Below are positions 31,471 to 43,200 of a stretch of DNA of 64,000 nt, one piece after another (position 1 is the first letter of the stretch; every line of letters starts with the position of its first letter). A program made the position numbers and the translations under genes. The DNA comes from Rebecca billardiae RCC1528 (Eukaryota; Protista; Haptophyta), in the NCBI GenBank assembly GCA_965240325.2, contig OZ251231.1:558001-622000 (forward strand). The letters run 5' to 3'. Below the pieces are notes generated by a model. It ran no database searches and had not been told where the DNA came from. It saw only the letters and a list, made by a program, of their open reading frames with translations.

Positions 31471-33413
31471 ATGTTGGCGTCGGCGGCTCGCTCGTGGGGG
31501 CGCGCGGCGGCAGCGGCGGCGCCGCGGCGGATCGCCCGCGGTCTGTCCACCCCCGCGGGGAACGGCTCCTCGCGGGCGGAGACGATGGACCAGATCGCCA
31601 CCGCCGCGGTGATCGGCGGCGTCTATTGTGGCGCATTCCTCTGGCTGTACCGGGATGAGGCGGAGAAGCCGAAGAGAGAAGCGGAGGGCGGGGCGGGGGG
31701 ATTGGCGGGCAGTGGGCACGGCCTCGAGACGATCATCGGCGAGCTCTACACCATCCGCGACCGCCTCGACGCGATGGACCAGACCTCGCGATGGATGGCA
31801 GGCGGCTGCCGCAAGGGCCCACTGATTGTCGTCGGCACGGGCGGCGGCAGCGACAAGGTGCACACGCTCCGCATCTCGCCCGACCGGCAGCTGCTCGTGC
31901 CGACTGCCGAGGCGGTCACCGTCGCGCAGAACCCGTCCTTCGTCTCCGCCTCCGCCGACCGCTCCGTCGTGTACGCCATCGGCGAGGGCGTGGCGACCGC
32001 GCTTGCCGTCGACCACGACAAGGGCGAGCTCGCGCCCCTCGGCGAGAAGCAGTCTGCGAACGGCGCGGGCACGGCGTTCATCGAGCCGGACGGCGCGAAC
32101 AAGCACGTCCTCGTGGCCAACTACGTCGGCGGCAGCGTGTGCGTCTTGCCCGTGCGCGAGGACGGCTCGCTCGGGCCGGCGACGGACGCGAAGGCGCACA
32201 CGCCGCGCTCGCCGCCCAAGCCGGCGCTTGCCGACAGGCAGGCGGAGGCGCACCCGCACTCGGTGCGCGTGGACCCGTGGACGAAGCGGTGGGCGCTGGT
32301 GCCGGACCTGGGCAAGGACACGTGCTACGTCTACGCCTACGACGGCGAGCGCGGCGTCCTCGCCGGCGCCGAGAGCAACGAGCGCCACTTCCGCACGCGC
32401 GAGGGCGCGGGGCCACGCCACCTTGACTTCTCAGCAGCGGTGTGCAGCAGCGCACGCGCGCGCGGCCGCTGCTGCTGCTCCCGCCCGTTGGGCGCGGCCC
32501 GGCCGCCCGCTCACCGCGCGCGCCCCCGCCGGCCCGCGCGACGCGCCTCCCCTCCATCCCACCCGCGCGCCCACGCCCCTCTCGATCTCCCCGCGATCTC
32601 CCCGTGCGATCTCCTCGCGATCTCCCCGCGATCTCCCCGCGATCTCCGCCGCGCCCGCAGGCCCCCGGCGCCCCGCACCGCGTGTACCTTCTGAACGAGC
32701 TGGACGCAACGCTCAACGTGCTCGCGCTCGACGACAAGACCGGCAAGCTCGAGGAGCAGCAGACCGTGTCGCTCCTGCCGTACTTCGTCAAGCCCGACAG
32801 GCGCGGGCACTGCGGCTCGGCAGACGTGCACGTGCACCCGAACGGCAAGTTCCTGTACGCATCCAACAGGTGCGCACAGACTGCACACGTTTGCGCCTGT
32901 CTGCGTATGTGGGCGTATGGGCGGCGGCGCCGAGGCGCGGCGCGGCCGACCGCCGCGCCTCGGCGCCGCCGCCCCCGCCGCCGACGGGGCGGCCTGACGC
33001 GGCGTGCTGGCGCGTGCGCGGCGCGGCGCGGCGTGACGCGGCTGGTGCGTGCGCGCTGCCACAACGCTCACGCCGCGCGCGCGACGGCACCGGCCACGGC
33101 TGCGCGGCTGCGCCGCTGCGCCCGCAGGACCAACCACTCGCTCGCCATCTTCGCCATCGCGCCCGAGACGGGCCATCTCTCTCTCCTCAAGCACGTCGAG
33201 TGCGGCGGCCGCACGCCGCGCCAGTTCCAGATCTCGCCGTCGGGAGATTTCCTCGTCGTGGCGAACCAGGCGTCGAGCGACCTCGCCACGTTCTGCATCG
33301 ACCAGGCGACGGGCATGCTCTCCGCGCCCACCATCACGCCGGTCCCTGACTCGCCCCGCTGCGTGTGCATCATCGAGGAGCCTGCGGCCAAGAAGGCGCC
33401 GCTCTCGGACTGA
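31471..33413 (+). CDS. 6-phosphogluconolactonase-like 7-bladed beta-propeller lactonase (Pgl/YbhE family) with N-terminal extension; introns 32440-32660, 32870-33127
   Basis: Motifs NPSF, VANYVGGSV, RQAEAHPHS, VPDLGKD, GAGPRHL, LNELD, HPNGKFLYASNR, GGRTPR and LVVANQ. GT-AG introns in consistent phase. Confidence 0.85.
32584..32650 (+). repeat. Intronic tandem repeat, ~11-bp unit CGATCTCCCCG x6
   Basis: Directly visible near the 3' end of lactonase intron 1. Confidence 0.85.
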
Positions 33414-34284
33414 GCCTGGCTGACAGTACGCACCCAGCCGCTCTGGTTCCCGGACTCCTGACCCCGTCCACGCTCCCCAGAGCGACTGAGCGAGGGCGAG
33501 CCGCACCCTGAGACCGGAACGGACGCGCGCCGAGTCTGGTAGGAGGCGCTCTCGTCGCCATCGCGCGCGGCGGGGCTCGGGATCCGTGCTGCTGCGTGCT
33601 CCACAGTCACTGAAAGGCGCCGCCGCTCCTCTGACGAGCAGCCGCTCCTCCCGACGCCGAGCTCGAGCGCACAACTCTTTCAATCAACTGCGGACAGCAG
33701 AGCTCGAGGAGATTCTGACCGCTTAGTTAGCTACCGGAAGCGCATGCAGAATCTGAGCAGCTCGATTCGCTGCTCGTCTGACGTAGTCGATGTCTCGAGG
33801 CCGATAGAGCGCACGCCTGCGCACGGAGTAGATCGATCACACCGGAGTAGTCCGAGCGAGTGGCGGACACGTACCCGTGGACGCCAACGGCGCCACTTTC
33901 TCGGACTATTTCTCGCCCGGCCGGTTCAGGCGGCGGTTGCGCTGAGCAGCGTAGGCGGAGTGACTAGTAGTCTCAGACTCAGCCTTGACATCGTAGTGGC
34001 CTGCCTCATCGTCGCCCTAGAGAGCTATGCTCCCTGAGTCTCCTGAGTCTCGACGCAGATATAGTCATATAGAGTGATGCAGATGCATGTCAGTGATGAT
34101 GAGTGAGTGATGCCGACGGCCAGCGCGCAGCAGCATATTGTCATCTATCAGCAATGACGAGTCATCCGCGCTGACGACCGTGACAATATATATATGCATA
34201 TCATCATAAATATCGATCGATACATTCTGCCGCCGTCGAGATCTCGTCGATCGAAATTTCGGCCCGCCCGCACTGGCCGCACTA

Positions 34285-34795
34285 CAGGGCAATCGCGGGC
34301 AATAAGAAGTCAGAGATCTCACGGCTAGCCTCGGTTTCTTAGCCGTTCGGTAGCCCGAGCGCCTACGGAGTCTCAGTTTCTTAGCTAGGTCCGCCTGCCG
34401 CGCAGGCGCGGGGGGCGCAGGGGGGCAGAGCCCCCCGCTGAGTCTTTAGGCCCGGCCGGCGAGGCCGAAGAAAATGTTGGGCCTTTTTGGAGCAAATCTG
34501 GCAGCATGATGTTGCATGGATGCTGCGGTGCACTGGCCAGGAGTCAGTCATCAGGAGAAGTCGGGACTTGGCCTGTACTCGTAGTCGGGCCGTGCGCCGC
34601 CGCGTCCCCGACGGGCCGACTGCGCCTCGCCCTCGGCGGACCACTCGTCAGCCGGGACGACGTAGTCCCGGTTTCTTAGTGTGACTATGCGTATAGCGAA
34701 CCAGCAAATCGCTAGTCTCGGTTTCTAGGCCAGATCCGCAGATAGCAAGCCCCAGTTTCTTAACGTGACAGCTCCTTATTGCCCGCGATTGCCTG
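34285..34795. mobile_element. Tc1/mariner-type MITE with TA target duplication
   Basis: TA|CAGGGCAATCGCGGGCAATAAG at the left end and CTTATTGCCCGCGATTGCCTG|TA at the right end. Repeated internal GTTTCTTAG-like motif (~34335, 34376, 34671, 34721, 34755). No coding capacity. Confidence 0.75.
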
Positions 34796-35730
34796 TAATC
34801 CACTATACCGAGTATACGCGACAAATACGCTGAATAACTGCGGCCGGGGGCCTGGCGGCCTTATTAAATTTCGGTGCGGGCCTGGCTGAATACAGCGCCG
34901 GCAGGGCCGTCAAATCTCGTTCGATGACAGTGCGAAATAATCAGCCGTTCAGCGCCTGACGAATCTCAGGGGCGCAACGCGGCGGCGCAGCGCGGTGCGC
35001 GCGCGCGTGCGCGGCGCGGCAGCGGCACGCACTACCGCGGAAGGCCCACCGGACTGCGGGCGCGCGGCGAGCCGCGCAGCGCACGTCCTGCACGCGTCGA
35101 TGCAGCTGTCGCTGCGCCCAGCCTCGGACACCTCGCGTTGGTGTGGCATGTTGTGTTTTGCAGGCGCGCGGCGTGGGCGGCGCGGGCGACGACTTGGCTA
35201 CTGTAGCGGGACGATGTCATCATTGGCATCGTGTCGAGGTCGGCAAGGCCGTGCACGTTGATGACGCGCCGCCAGTGCGAGTTTCGCAAGTCGGCGAGCG
35301 GGTGGCTTTTTGCACGAGCGTCTCGTGCGTGTGCACTCAGTGTGCGGCATTGCCCATGATGCCTTTCGTGCACGTCTCATCTGATGCGCATGCGCTATCG
35401 CCTCCACGTGCCGCTGCTGGATCTCCGTCGTCAGATCGACAGATTCGTTCGTCACAACCGCGCTCGGATGGAGATGAACCTATTTGACGCCCGGATCCCT
35501 CATGTGGCGTTCACCAAAGGGCCTTATTGGTTCACCAGTGGGAGCGGATGGTCATAGGAAAAGCGTCAAAATATAATATGTGTGGGAATCTCACGGCATG
35601 CGCTATGAGCCGTGCTCAAAAAGGCAATTACATATGGGTTATTGATTCCCAAACCAGCATGCCTTTCGAAAAACGATTGGGGCTCACTCATGTGAAGAGA
35701 ATTCTGATCAAATTGAAGAGAGTTGTGATA

Positions 35731-35779
35731 TACAGTTTACTCAGAATAAGAGACGCACACATCTCAGGCAGGCGAGATA
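35731..35779 (+). repeat. Dispersed ~47-bp repeat, copy A
   Basis: TACAGTTTACTCAGAATAAGAGACGCACACATCTCAGGCAGGCGAGATA; near-identical copies at 37994 (+) and 62356 (-). Confidence 0.9.
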
Positions 35780-35892
35780 TTTAAAGCTGTGTTCACCATA
35801 ATCATTATATGCGCTCATCTGCTCAGCAAGGTTCCGCGTGAAATCACTGCGTGCTGAGATTCTCGCATCCCGTCGAATCAACTTGTCGAATC

Positions 35893-37137
35893 ATGTTCAT
35901 CGGCGTCACGCCCGCGACGACTGACATCGAGCAGGCCCCGAACGGCGGGAAGAAGCTCGCCAATGCGAGCAGTGCGCATGCTCACGCCTCCAGCTCCAAG
36001 CTCAAGCCCTCTCTCAAGAAGATCCAACACAGCGCCTCGTTCATCAAGTACACGCAAGGTCGTGCGGCGGAGCGGCGCGGGCAGAAGCAGCGACTCGCTG
36101 GTCTCCTCATCGCGCTGGTTTCGGTGACGACAATCTCATTCGACGGCAGTATGGTCAGCACTGCCTTGACCAACGGTGCCTCGCCTGCCGCCGTGATGAC
36201 GTACCAAGGCCTGTTCGGCACCGGTGGAATGTGCATCATGCTGCTCGTCCTGCGCAAGGTGTTCGATGAGAACGCGCGCAAGCAGCCGGGCTTGCAGCTG
36301 CCGAAGATGCCGACGACCCTCACTGGCTGGGGCCACGTCCTCCTCGTTGCCGCGTTCACCGCGTTCGTCAACGTCTGCTACGCGATGGGCTTCTTCTTCA
36401 CCCAGGTGGCGAACGTGTTGGCATTCGCGATCCTCGCGCCTGTTTGGGCGTCGCTGCTCGCCAAGCCGGTCCTCGGCGCAACGCTCCGCTACCGCACGAT
36501 GGCGGCCATCGTCGGCGCGCTCGGTGGCGGTCTCGTGCTCTGTTGGGGCGCCGGCCTGCGCTTCGATGGCCCACCGCCCGAGGGCGCCGAGGTGTACGGG
36601 CTGCTCTTCGCGCTCGGCACGGGCCTGGGTAACGCGTGCATGTTCACCGCTGTCGACTCAGCGGCGAGGCATGCACCTGAAGTGGATATGCTACTGGGCA
36701 CAGCGCTGGGCTTTGTGCTGCAGACGTGCCTTGGCATCGCGTTGGACAGCACCGTACTCGGCGGACCCGCGTACGAGCTCTCGCTGTGGGGCATGCGCGG
36801 CTTGGCCCTGCACATCCTTGTGGTCGACGGCGTTGCGCTCTCGTTTGCGCTGTCCGCGTCGAACATTGCGGCGCAGCTCGCGACGCCGGCCGAGGTGTCC
36901 ATCACATACCAATTTGAGGGTCTTTTCGGTGCCACGTTCTCCTACTTCATCCTTGGCGAGACCGTCTCGCTGCTGACGGGGTTGGGCGGAGCCACTATCT
37001 TCAGCGTCGTGATCACGCACGAGCTGGTCGTCTATCGAGAGCAGCGAGTGGCGCTCCCCAAGCTCGAACAGCCGGATGCCAACACGATGCAGCTCGTCAG
37101 GCGTCACAGCGGCCTTCCTCCCGGCGTTGCAAATTAA
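35893..37137 (+). CDS. EamA/DMT superfamily transporter (~10 TM)
   Basis: Two repeats of ~5 hydrophobic helices. Motifs TQVANVLAFAILAPVWASLLA and AEVSITYQFEGLFGATFSYFILGETVSLLTGLGG. Intronless. Confidence 0.85.
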   Translation: MFIGVTPATTDIEQAPNGGKKLANASSAHAHASSSKLKPSLKKIQHSASFIKYTQGRAAERRGQKQRLAGLLIALVSVTTISFDGSMVSTALTNGASPAAVMTYQGLFGTGGMCIMLLVLRKVFDENARKQPGLQLPKMPTTLTGWGHVLLVAAFTAFVNVCYAMGFFFTQVANVLAFAILAPVWASLLAKPVLGATLRYRTMAAIVGALGGGLVLCWGAGLRFDGPPPEGAEVYGLLFALGTGLGNACMFTAVDSAARHAPEVDMLLGTALGFVLQTCLGIALDSTVLGGPAYELSLWGMRGLALHILVVDGVALSFALSASNIAAQLATPAEVSITYQFEGLFGATFSYFILGETVSLLTGLGGATIFSVVITHELVVYREQRVALPKLEQPDANTMQLVRRHSGLPPGVAN

Positions 37138-37783
37138 CCGCCGGCAATAGCAGCATCGAGACGCGATCCCGCTCGCGGCCGACCGCTGACAGACGACAGA
37201 CTACTAGTACTCTGGCACGCCGGGGTGTCACAGTCTGACCGTCACTCTTTACTGGAGCAGTCGCGGCCACTGGCCAGCCTCCTCACCACCCGTTCAGACA
37301 CCCGCTGTCGGCCGGATTCTCCGCAGCCGGGGGCCGGCCCGCGGCGCTCGCGGAAAACATTTGAAATGGCTTCCGGCCGCGCGCCGGTCAAGTGGCCCTG
37401 CCGGTGGCGTGCGCGGCCTCGCCTCGCGTGCGCGCCAATGAAGACGAAGGCTGGCTGGGCGACGGCGCGCGAGGCGGGTAGGTCTGGTCACACCTTGCAC
37501 ACCGGTGCAAGCCACGACTCAAGCGCATGTCGCGGACAGAAGCGGACGCGGGAGGCAACGTTTGGCCTTCTCGGCCGGTGGCAGTCGAGTGGTGCTCAAA
37601 AGCCGAGAAGAGGCTGAGGCGGCACATTTCTGCAGAGCCGGATGTCCCTTGAGCAGTTCTTCAAAGCATGGTCGCGATGCGCCGTCGCCACGGCCGTGTC
37701 AGTCGCCGCAGACGAGCGCGTGCGGCGGGCGCCGCGCCAGGGCTTGGCGCTCATCGCAGCGGAGCGCACTGCGCCGCCACTGT

Positions 37784-37831
37784 GTCCGGGCGGAGTTAAG
37801 GGCCCGTCGGGCCCTTAACTCCGCCCCGGAC
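37784..37831. repeat. Near-perfect 48-bp hairpin/palindrome
   Basis: GTCCGGGCGGAGTTAAGGGCCCG-T-CGGGCCCTTAACTCCGCCCCGGAC. Confidence 0.85.
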
Positions 37832-37993
37832 TCGTGTGAGTTAGTTAGGTCGGGTCGCCTGAACGGGTGGAGTCAGAGCGCCACGGCGGGCTCATCAGTA
37901 GACCGACGACCGCCTGAAACTACTTACTTACTTACTTGTTTGTTTGTTTATTGTTTATTTATTTATTATAATAAATAAAACATTCACAATACG

Positions 37994-38045
37994 TACAGTT
38001 TACTAATAAGAATAAGAGACGCACACAGCTCAGGCAGGCGAGATA
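37994..38045 (+). repeat. Dispersed ~47-bp repeat, copy B
   Basis: TACAGTTTACTAATAAGAATAAGAGACGCACACAGCTCAGGCAGGCGAGATA. Confidence 0.9.
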
Positions 38046-38163
38046 CCAGATTCCAGAAGGCAGAACTAGTTAGTTAGGCAGAACGCGGCAGCAGTCCCGG
38101 CGGACACCGTTTAAATACTTTAATTTAATAGTAGTTAAGCACTAAGCAGTAGTGAGTGATGAT

Positions 38164-38167
<4 letters not shown>

Positions 38168-38250
<83 letters not shown>
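38168..38250. repeat. (CT)n microsatellite, ~41 units
   Basis: Uninterrupted TC run. Confidence 0.98.
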
Positions 38251-38253
<3 letters not shown>

Positions 38254-39513
38254 GTAGTCATTCCGTGACTTCTGTCATCATCAGATAGATCGGAGATCGG
38301 CGGCGCGGGCGCGGTTAGTAGCGGCTTACCGTTTAAGCGGTTCGTCGGGCACAGAGCCTGTAATGGAGTGGACGATGCATGTATAAGCTATGATTCTCGT
38401 ACGATCGCCCGACGCAGTGACCATGCCCAGGCTGGGGCGGAGGGGAAGGGCCGCACAGCGGTAGTGACGGCCCAGCGCGGCCCGCGGCCCAAACGTCGGC
38501 TCGGGAGTCCGGACTCAGGACCGTCAGTCCGCTCGCCGCACCCCCCTTAAAGTGAAACGTCCGGCCGAGCTTGATTTGCGCGTGGCTTGGTCAAAGCCTC
38601 CGGGGTGGCAATGGTGTGACACCCAACAGCCATGAAAGGGTGCAATGGGCAGTATGGGGCAAGCTCCTGAGCCAGCCCCACGACGAGTAGACTGCGTATA
38701 GTCCCGGCTGTAGTGGAGTCCTGGCCGACTCATTCAATGGGGTTGCCCACCGTTTGGTTCTCCAGCGGGCACGTCCTCGTGCGATGCGGATGCGCCCAAC
38801 TGCTCGCGCGTCCATGAGCTGATCATGTGCGATCCGAACTCCCGCTGGAAGTTGTCATGCCTGCGTGCCAGCCGTGATGTCTCCCTCGTGTACCGCCGGC
38901 AGGCTTCCAGCGCAGACTCTGCGAAGCGCTGCGTCCTTTCTACATCCGCCTCGTCATCCGCGCGGGCGTTCGCGAGGACCACCTCCGCAACGGCCTCCGC
39001 GAGCTGGGTGGCGCTCCCATCGCCCTCGTTGGCAGCAGGGCTTCCGCCTGCCGCCCCCTCGTCACCATCCGACGAGTGAAAACCGACAGCCATCGCCAAG
39101 CGGGTAAACTTTTATCTTGGTAGTATTAGTCACCGATATAGCAGCAGTGCTGGCGGTAGCGGTAGGGAATGACTTACGCCTTGCGAACAGGGTGCGATGT
39201 CCGTGGGCTGTGCGATCTCTGTCAGTTGGCTCTTGATCAGACGCTGGCCTAGGGCAGCGACAGCAGGTACGGTAGTGTCATTGCCGGCTGCCGCTGCATC
39301 AGTGCGAACGTAGTTCTTCGCGCATGGACGCTTTCACGGAATCACGGCCGAGTCACGCTTCAGACGGTTGAGCCCTCCCGCCCGACGTCGTGACTCGCGG
39401 CGCCCCGGGCTGCGTGCACATCCCAGGCTGGTCACGCAGCTCGCCGGCTCCGCGCCTTTCATGCGCGACGCCAGCAAGCCCACCACACGCCTCGTTCGTG
39501 CGCAGCCCGCGCA

Positions 39514-40040
39514 TCACGGCGCCGCCACCGGCTCGTGCGAGAGCAGGCGGTATCGCGGCGTCATCCATGGCTGGTCCCACACCTGCGCACCGCACGCGAT
39601 GAGGCGGGCGCGCGGGCGCGGTGGGTGGTGTCGGGTCAGCCGGTCGCGCGCGGGCTGGCGGCGCCTGCGCATGGCGCTCCGAGCGCAGCGCGCACCTCGA
39701 TGGCGTGGAACTCGGGCCGCGTGCCCTCGGCGACTGGGCAGTCGGCGAGCTCGTGCGCGTGCCCATCGTTCCGGCAGGTCGACTCCGCCGCCTCGAACGT
39801 GATGGTGTACTTGACACCCGCGACGACCTGCGATGTCGCGCGCACGACCCTGACGAAGCTCAGCGCGTACACGCTGTTGCGCTCGCGGTTCACGGCGGCG
39901 ACGCCGAAGCGGGCCGCGGCCAGCACTTCCTCGTTGACTTCCACCTCCGACGCGCAGCCGACGCACGGGTGCGTCGGCGCGGACTTCGCGTCAGCAAACA
40001 TGGCTGCGAGTGTAAGAAGGGCGATGTACCGCACCGCCAT
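39514..40040 (-). CDS. Secreted cystatin (cysteine protease inhibitor); intron 39583-39695
   Basis: Signal peptide MAVRYIALLTLAAMFADA; QVVAG motif; spliced C-terminus VWDQPW supplies the PW motif. Confidence 0.9.
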
Positions 40041-40296
40041 CAGACGCGCTTGGAGCGAGAGCGCACTCGGCGACGCCCGGCAGCTAAGCTTGTGCAGCTG
40101 AGCGGTCCCGACGGTCGGAAGACTGCCTGCCCAAGGACTGCTGACAGATGTTCGTCCGCCTGCTCTGCCCACCGTGCTCCAGTGCGTCCTCTCCCAGGGA
40201 AGCAGGCGGCCGATTTTTTCGCCCGCGCGCCCGGAAAGGCGGAAATACATGTATGTCATTGCGCGGTCGCGCGTCTCCGCCCGCCATCGTGCCGGC

Positions 40297-43200
40297 ATGA
40301 GCGCCACCGAGCCCCTGCTCGCCGACTACGGCGGGGCGGAGGCCCCGTCTGAGTCGGAGGTCGAGCTCGCCGTCGAAGGCATGAGCTGCGGCCACTGCGC
40401 AGCCAGCCTCGAGAAGGCCCTCGCCGCCCTGGACGGCGTCGAGCACGCGAGCGTGTCCAAGAAGACGGACCGCGCGCTCGTCGTCGGCCACGCGCCCGTC
40501 GAGCGGCTGCTGGCGACGGTGAGCAGCTGCGGGTTCAGCGCGACGCTCGTTCCCGACGCCGAGATGGCCCCGTCGCCGCCGCCCGCCGGCGACGACGCCC
40601 CGCTCGGCGCGCGCGGCGGGCCGCAGACGTTTGAGCTGGTCGTGCACGACATGCGCTGCGAGCAGTGCGTGGGCTGGGTGGGCAGCTCGGTGAAGCGGCT
40701 CCGCGGCGTGGATGGCGTCGACGTGGACCTCGCCAGCGGCCGCGTGCGCGTCCTCGCGCAGCAGGGCGCCGTCACCCGCGACGCGCTCACGGCGGCCATT
40801 GTGAGCGCGGGCTACCGCGTGCACGAGCCGGCCGCGCCGGCGGACGCAGCCAAGCTGGTGGCCAGCGGCGGCTCCGGCGCCGACGGCGCGCCGACGAGCC
40901 GGGCGAGCGAGCGCGGCGCGCGCGCGCGCGCCGCCCGCGTCCAGTTCGGCGTGCGCGGCATGACGTGCGCCTCGTGCGCGGCGCGCGTGCGCAAGGCGAT
41001 GCTGGCGGTGCCGTCGGTGCGCGACGCTTCTGTTAATCTTGTCACGGAGCAGGCGACGGCGGAGCTCGGCGCGGGGCTGACGACGAGCGCGGGGATGGCG
41101 TCCGCGCGCGCACAGCTGCTCGACGCCGTGCGCGACGCGGGGTACGAGCCCGTCGACGCCCCCGCCGCCACGGTCCGGCTGGACGTTGGTGGGATGGTGT
41201 GCGCGTCGTGCCCGCCCCGGATTCAGCGAGTCCTGCTCGAGCGCACGGCGGGCGTGCGCGGCGCGTCGGTGGACCTGAACCTCGGGCTGGCGCACGTGTC
41301 GTACGACGCGTCGCTCGTCTCGCCCGCGGCGATCGAGGGCGTGATTCGCGGGCTCGGCTACGACGTGAGCGCGTGGCGCGGGGAGGGCGCGCTGGCGGCG
41401 GCTGCGCCGGGCGCGGACGACGTCGAGCGCGGCGGCAGCAGCAGCGGCAGCAGCCGCTCTCGGCGTGTGGAGATCGAGCGGTGGCGGGCGCTGCTCGTGG
41501 TGAGCGCGGTGCTCACGATCCCGGCGGCGCTGCTCACGATGGGCCTCGACCGCGTGCCCGCGCTCAGCTGCCCGCTCCACGCCGACGTCCTCCCACCACA
41601 CGCCTGCGACGGCGGCGCGAGGCTGCCGCTGAGTTGGTTACTTGCGTGGGTACTGATTACCCCGGTGCAGTTCGGCGTCGGGCTGCGCTTCTACCGCGGC
41701 GCGCGCGCGGCGCTGTCGCACAGGAGCGCGAACATGGACGTGCTCATCGCTCTGGGCACGAGCGCCGCGTACGTGTACTCCGTGTGGATCGTGCTTGCGC
41801 GCCTGCTCGCGCCGCGGGCGGCGGCCGGCGCGGCCGGCGCGGCCGGCGCGCCCGCCGATGCCGCCGCGCCGATGGGTGGCGCCGCGCTCGCCGCCGCCGC
41901 GAACGGGCTGCCGCGCGTGCTGCAGGGCGGCTCGATGCCCTTTTTCGAGACGTCGGGCATGCTTCTCCTCTTCGTCTCCCTCGGCAAGTGGCTCGAGGCG
42001 CTGGCGAAGGCGCGCACCTCGGGCGCTCTGCAAAAGCTCGCGGCGCTCCAGCCCACGACGGCAACGCTGCTGACGCCCGCGCGCGGCGGCGCGCCCGCGC
42101 GGGGCGGCGACGGCGGCGTCGGCGGCGAGTCCGACGCGGCCGCGCCGGCGCGGCAGTACACAGAGCGCACCGTGCCCTCCTCCGCCCTGCGCGTGGGCGA
42201 TCTCGTGCGCGTGCTCCCCGGCGCGGCCGTGCCGGCGGACGGCACGATACTGCATGGCCGCTCGGCGGTTGACGAGGCGTTGGTCACGGGGGAGGCGATG
42301 CCCGTGGTCAAGGCGGAGGGCTCGCGCGTGATCGGCGGCACGATCAACCAGGCGGGCGCGCTCGTCGTGCGCGTCGACGCCGACGCCGCGCACGGCGTGC
42401 TCCACGGCATCGTGCAGCTCGTCGAGGACGCGCAGGCGAACCGCGCGCCGATCCAGGCGGTGGCAGATGCAATCTCGTCTGTGTTTGTGCCGTGCGTGAT
42501 TGCAATCTCGCTGGCGACGTTCTGCACGTGGCTCGCGCTCGGCGTGGCGCGCGCGCCGCACGAGGCCGCGCGCGTGAGCGCGAGCCGCGCGCTGCATTTT
42601 GCGCTGGCCGTCCTCGTCATCGCGTGCCCGTGCGCGCTCGGCCTCGCCACGCCGACCGCGGTGATGGTCGGCACCGGCGTGGGCGCGCGCGCGGGTGTTC
42701 TTATCAAGGGCGGCGAGGCGCTGGAGACGGCACACCGCGTGCGCACCGTCGTGTTTGATAAGACGGGCACGCTCACGACGGGCCGGCTGCGCGTGCTGAG
42801 CGTGCAGCACCTCGCGCCCGCGCCCGACGCCGGAGCCGCCGCGCCTCCCAGCGGCGCCGACGCCGAGCGCCGACCCATGCATCTCCAGCTGTTGCGAGAC
42901 ATCGCAGCGGCCGAGTCGGTGTCAGAGCACCCGATCGGGCGCGCGACACTCGAGTACGCGCACGAGGTGCTGCGCGGCGAGCTGGGCGCGGCGGGGAAGC
43001 CGCTGCTGCCGCTGCCCGAGCCGACCGAGACGCGGATCGTCGTCGGTGCGTGCCGCGCCGTGCGCCGCCACACTCGGCCGTGCCCGTCGCTCCCAGCTGC
43101 CAGCGCGCGCTCGGGGCGGCGCGAGCGCGCCATCCTTACAACCGCACTCTTCGCGCGCGCGCCGCGCCGCGCATCCTGGTGCGCCACGGCGCGCGCGCGC

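Noticed and set aside
38734-39099. 121-aa ORF with protein-like composition
   Set aside because: It lacks a clear ATG start, splice context or recognisable domain. It may be a gene fragment, but I cannot support a call.
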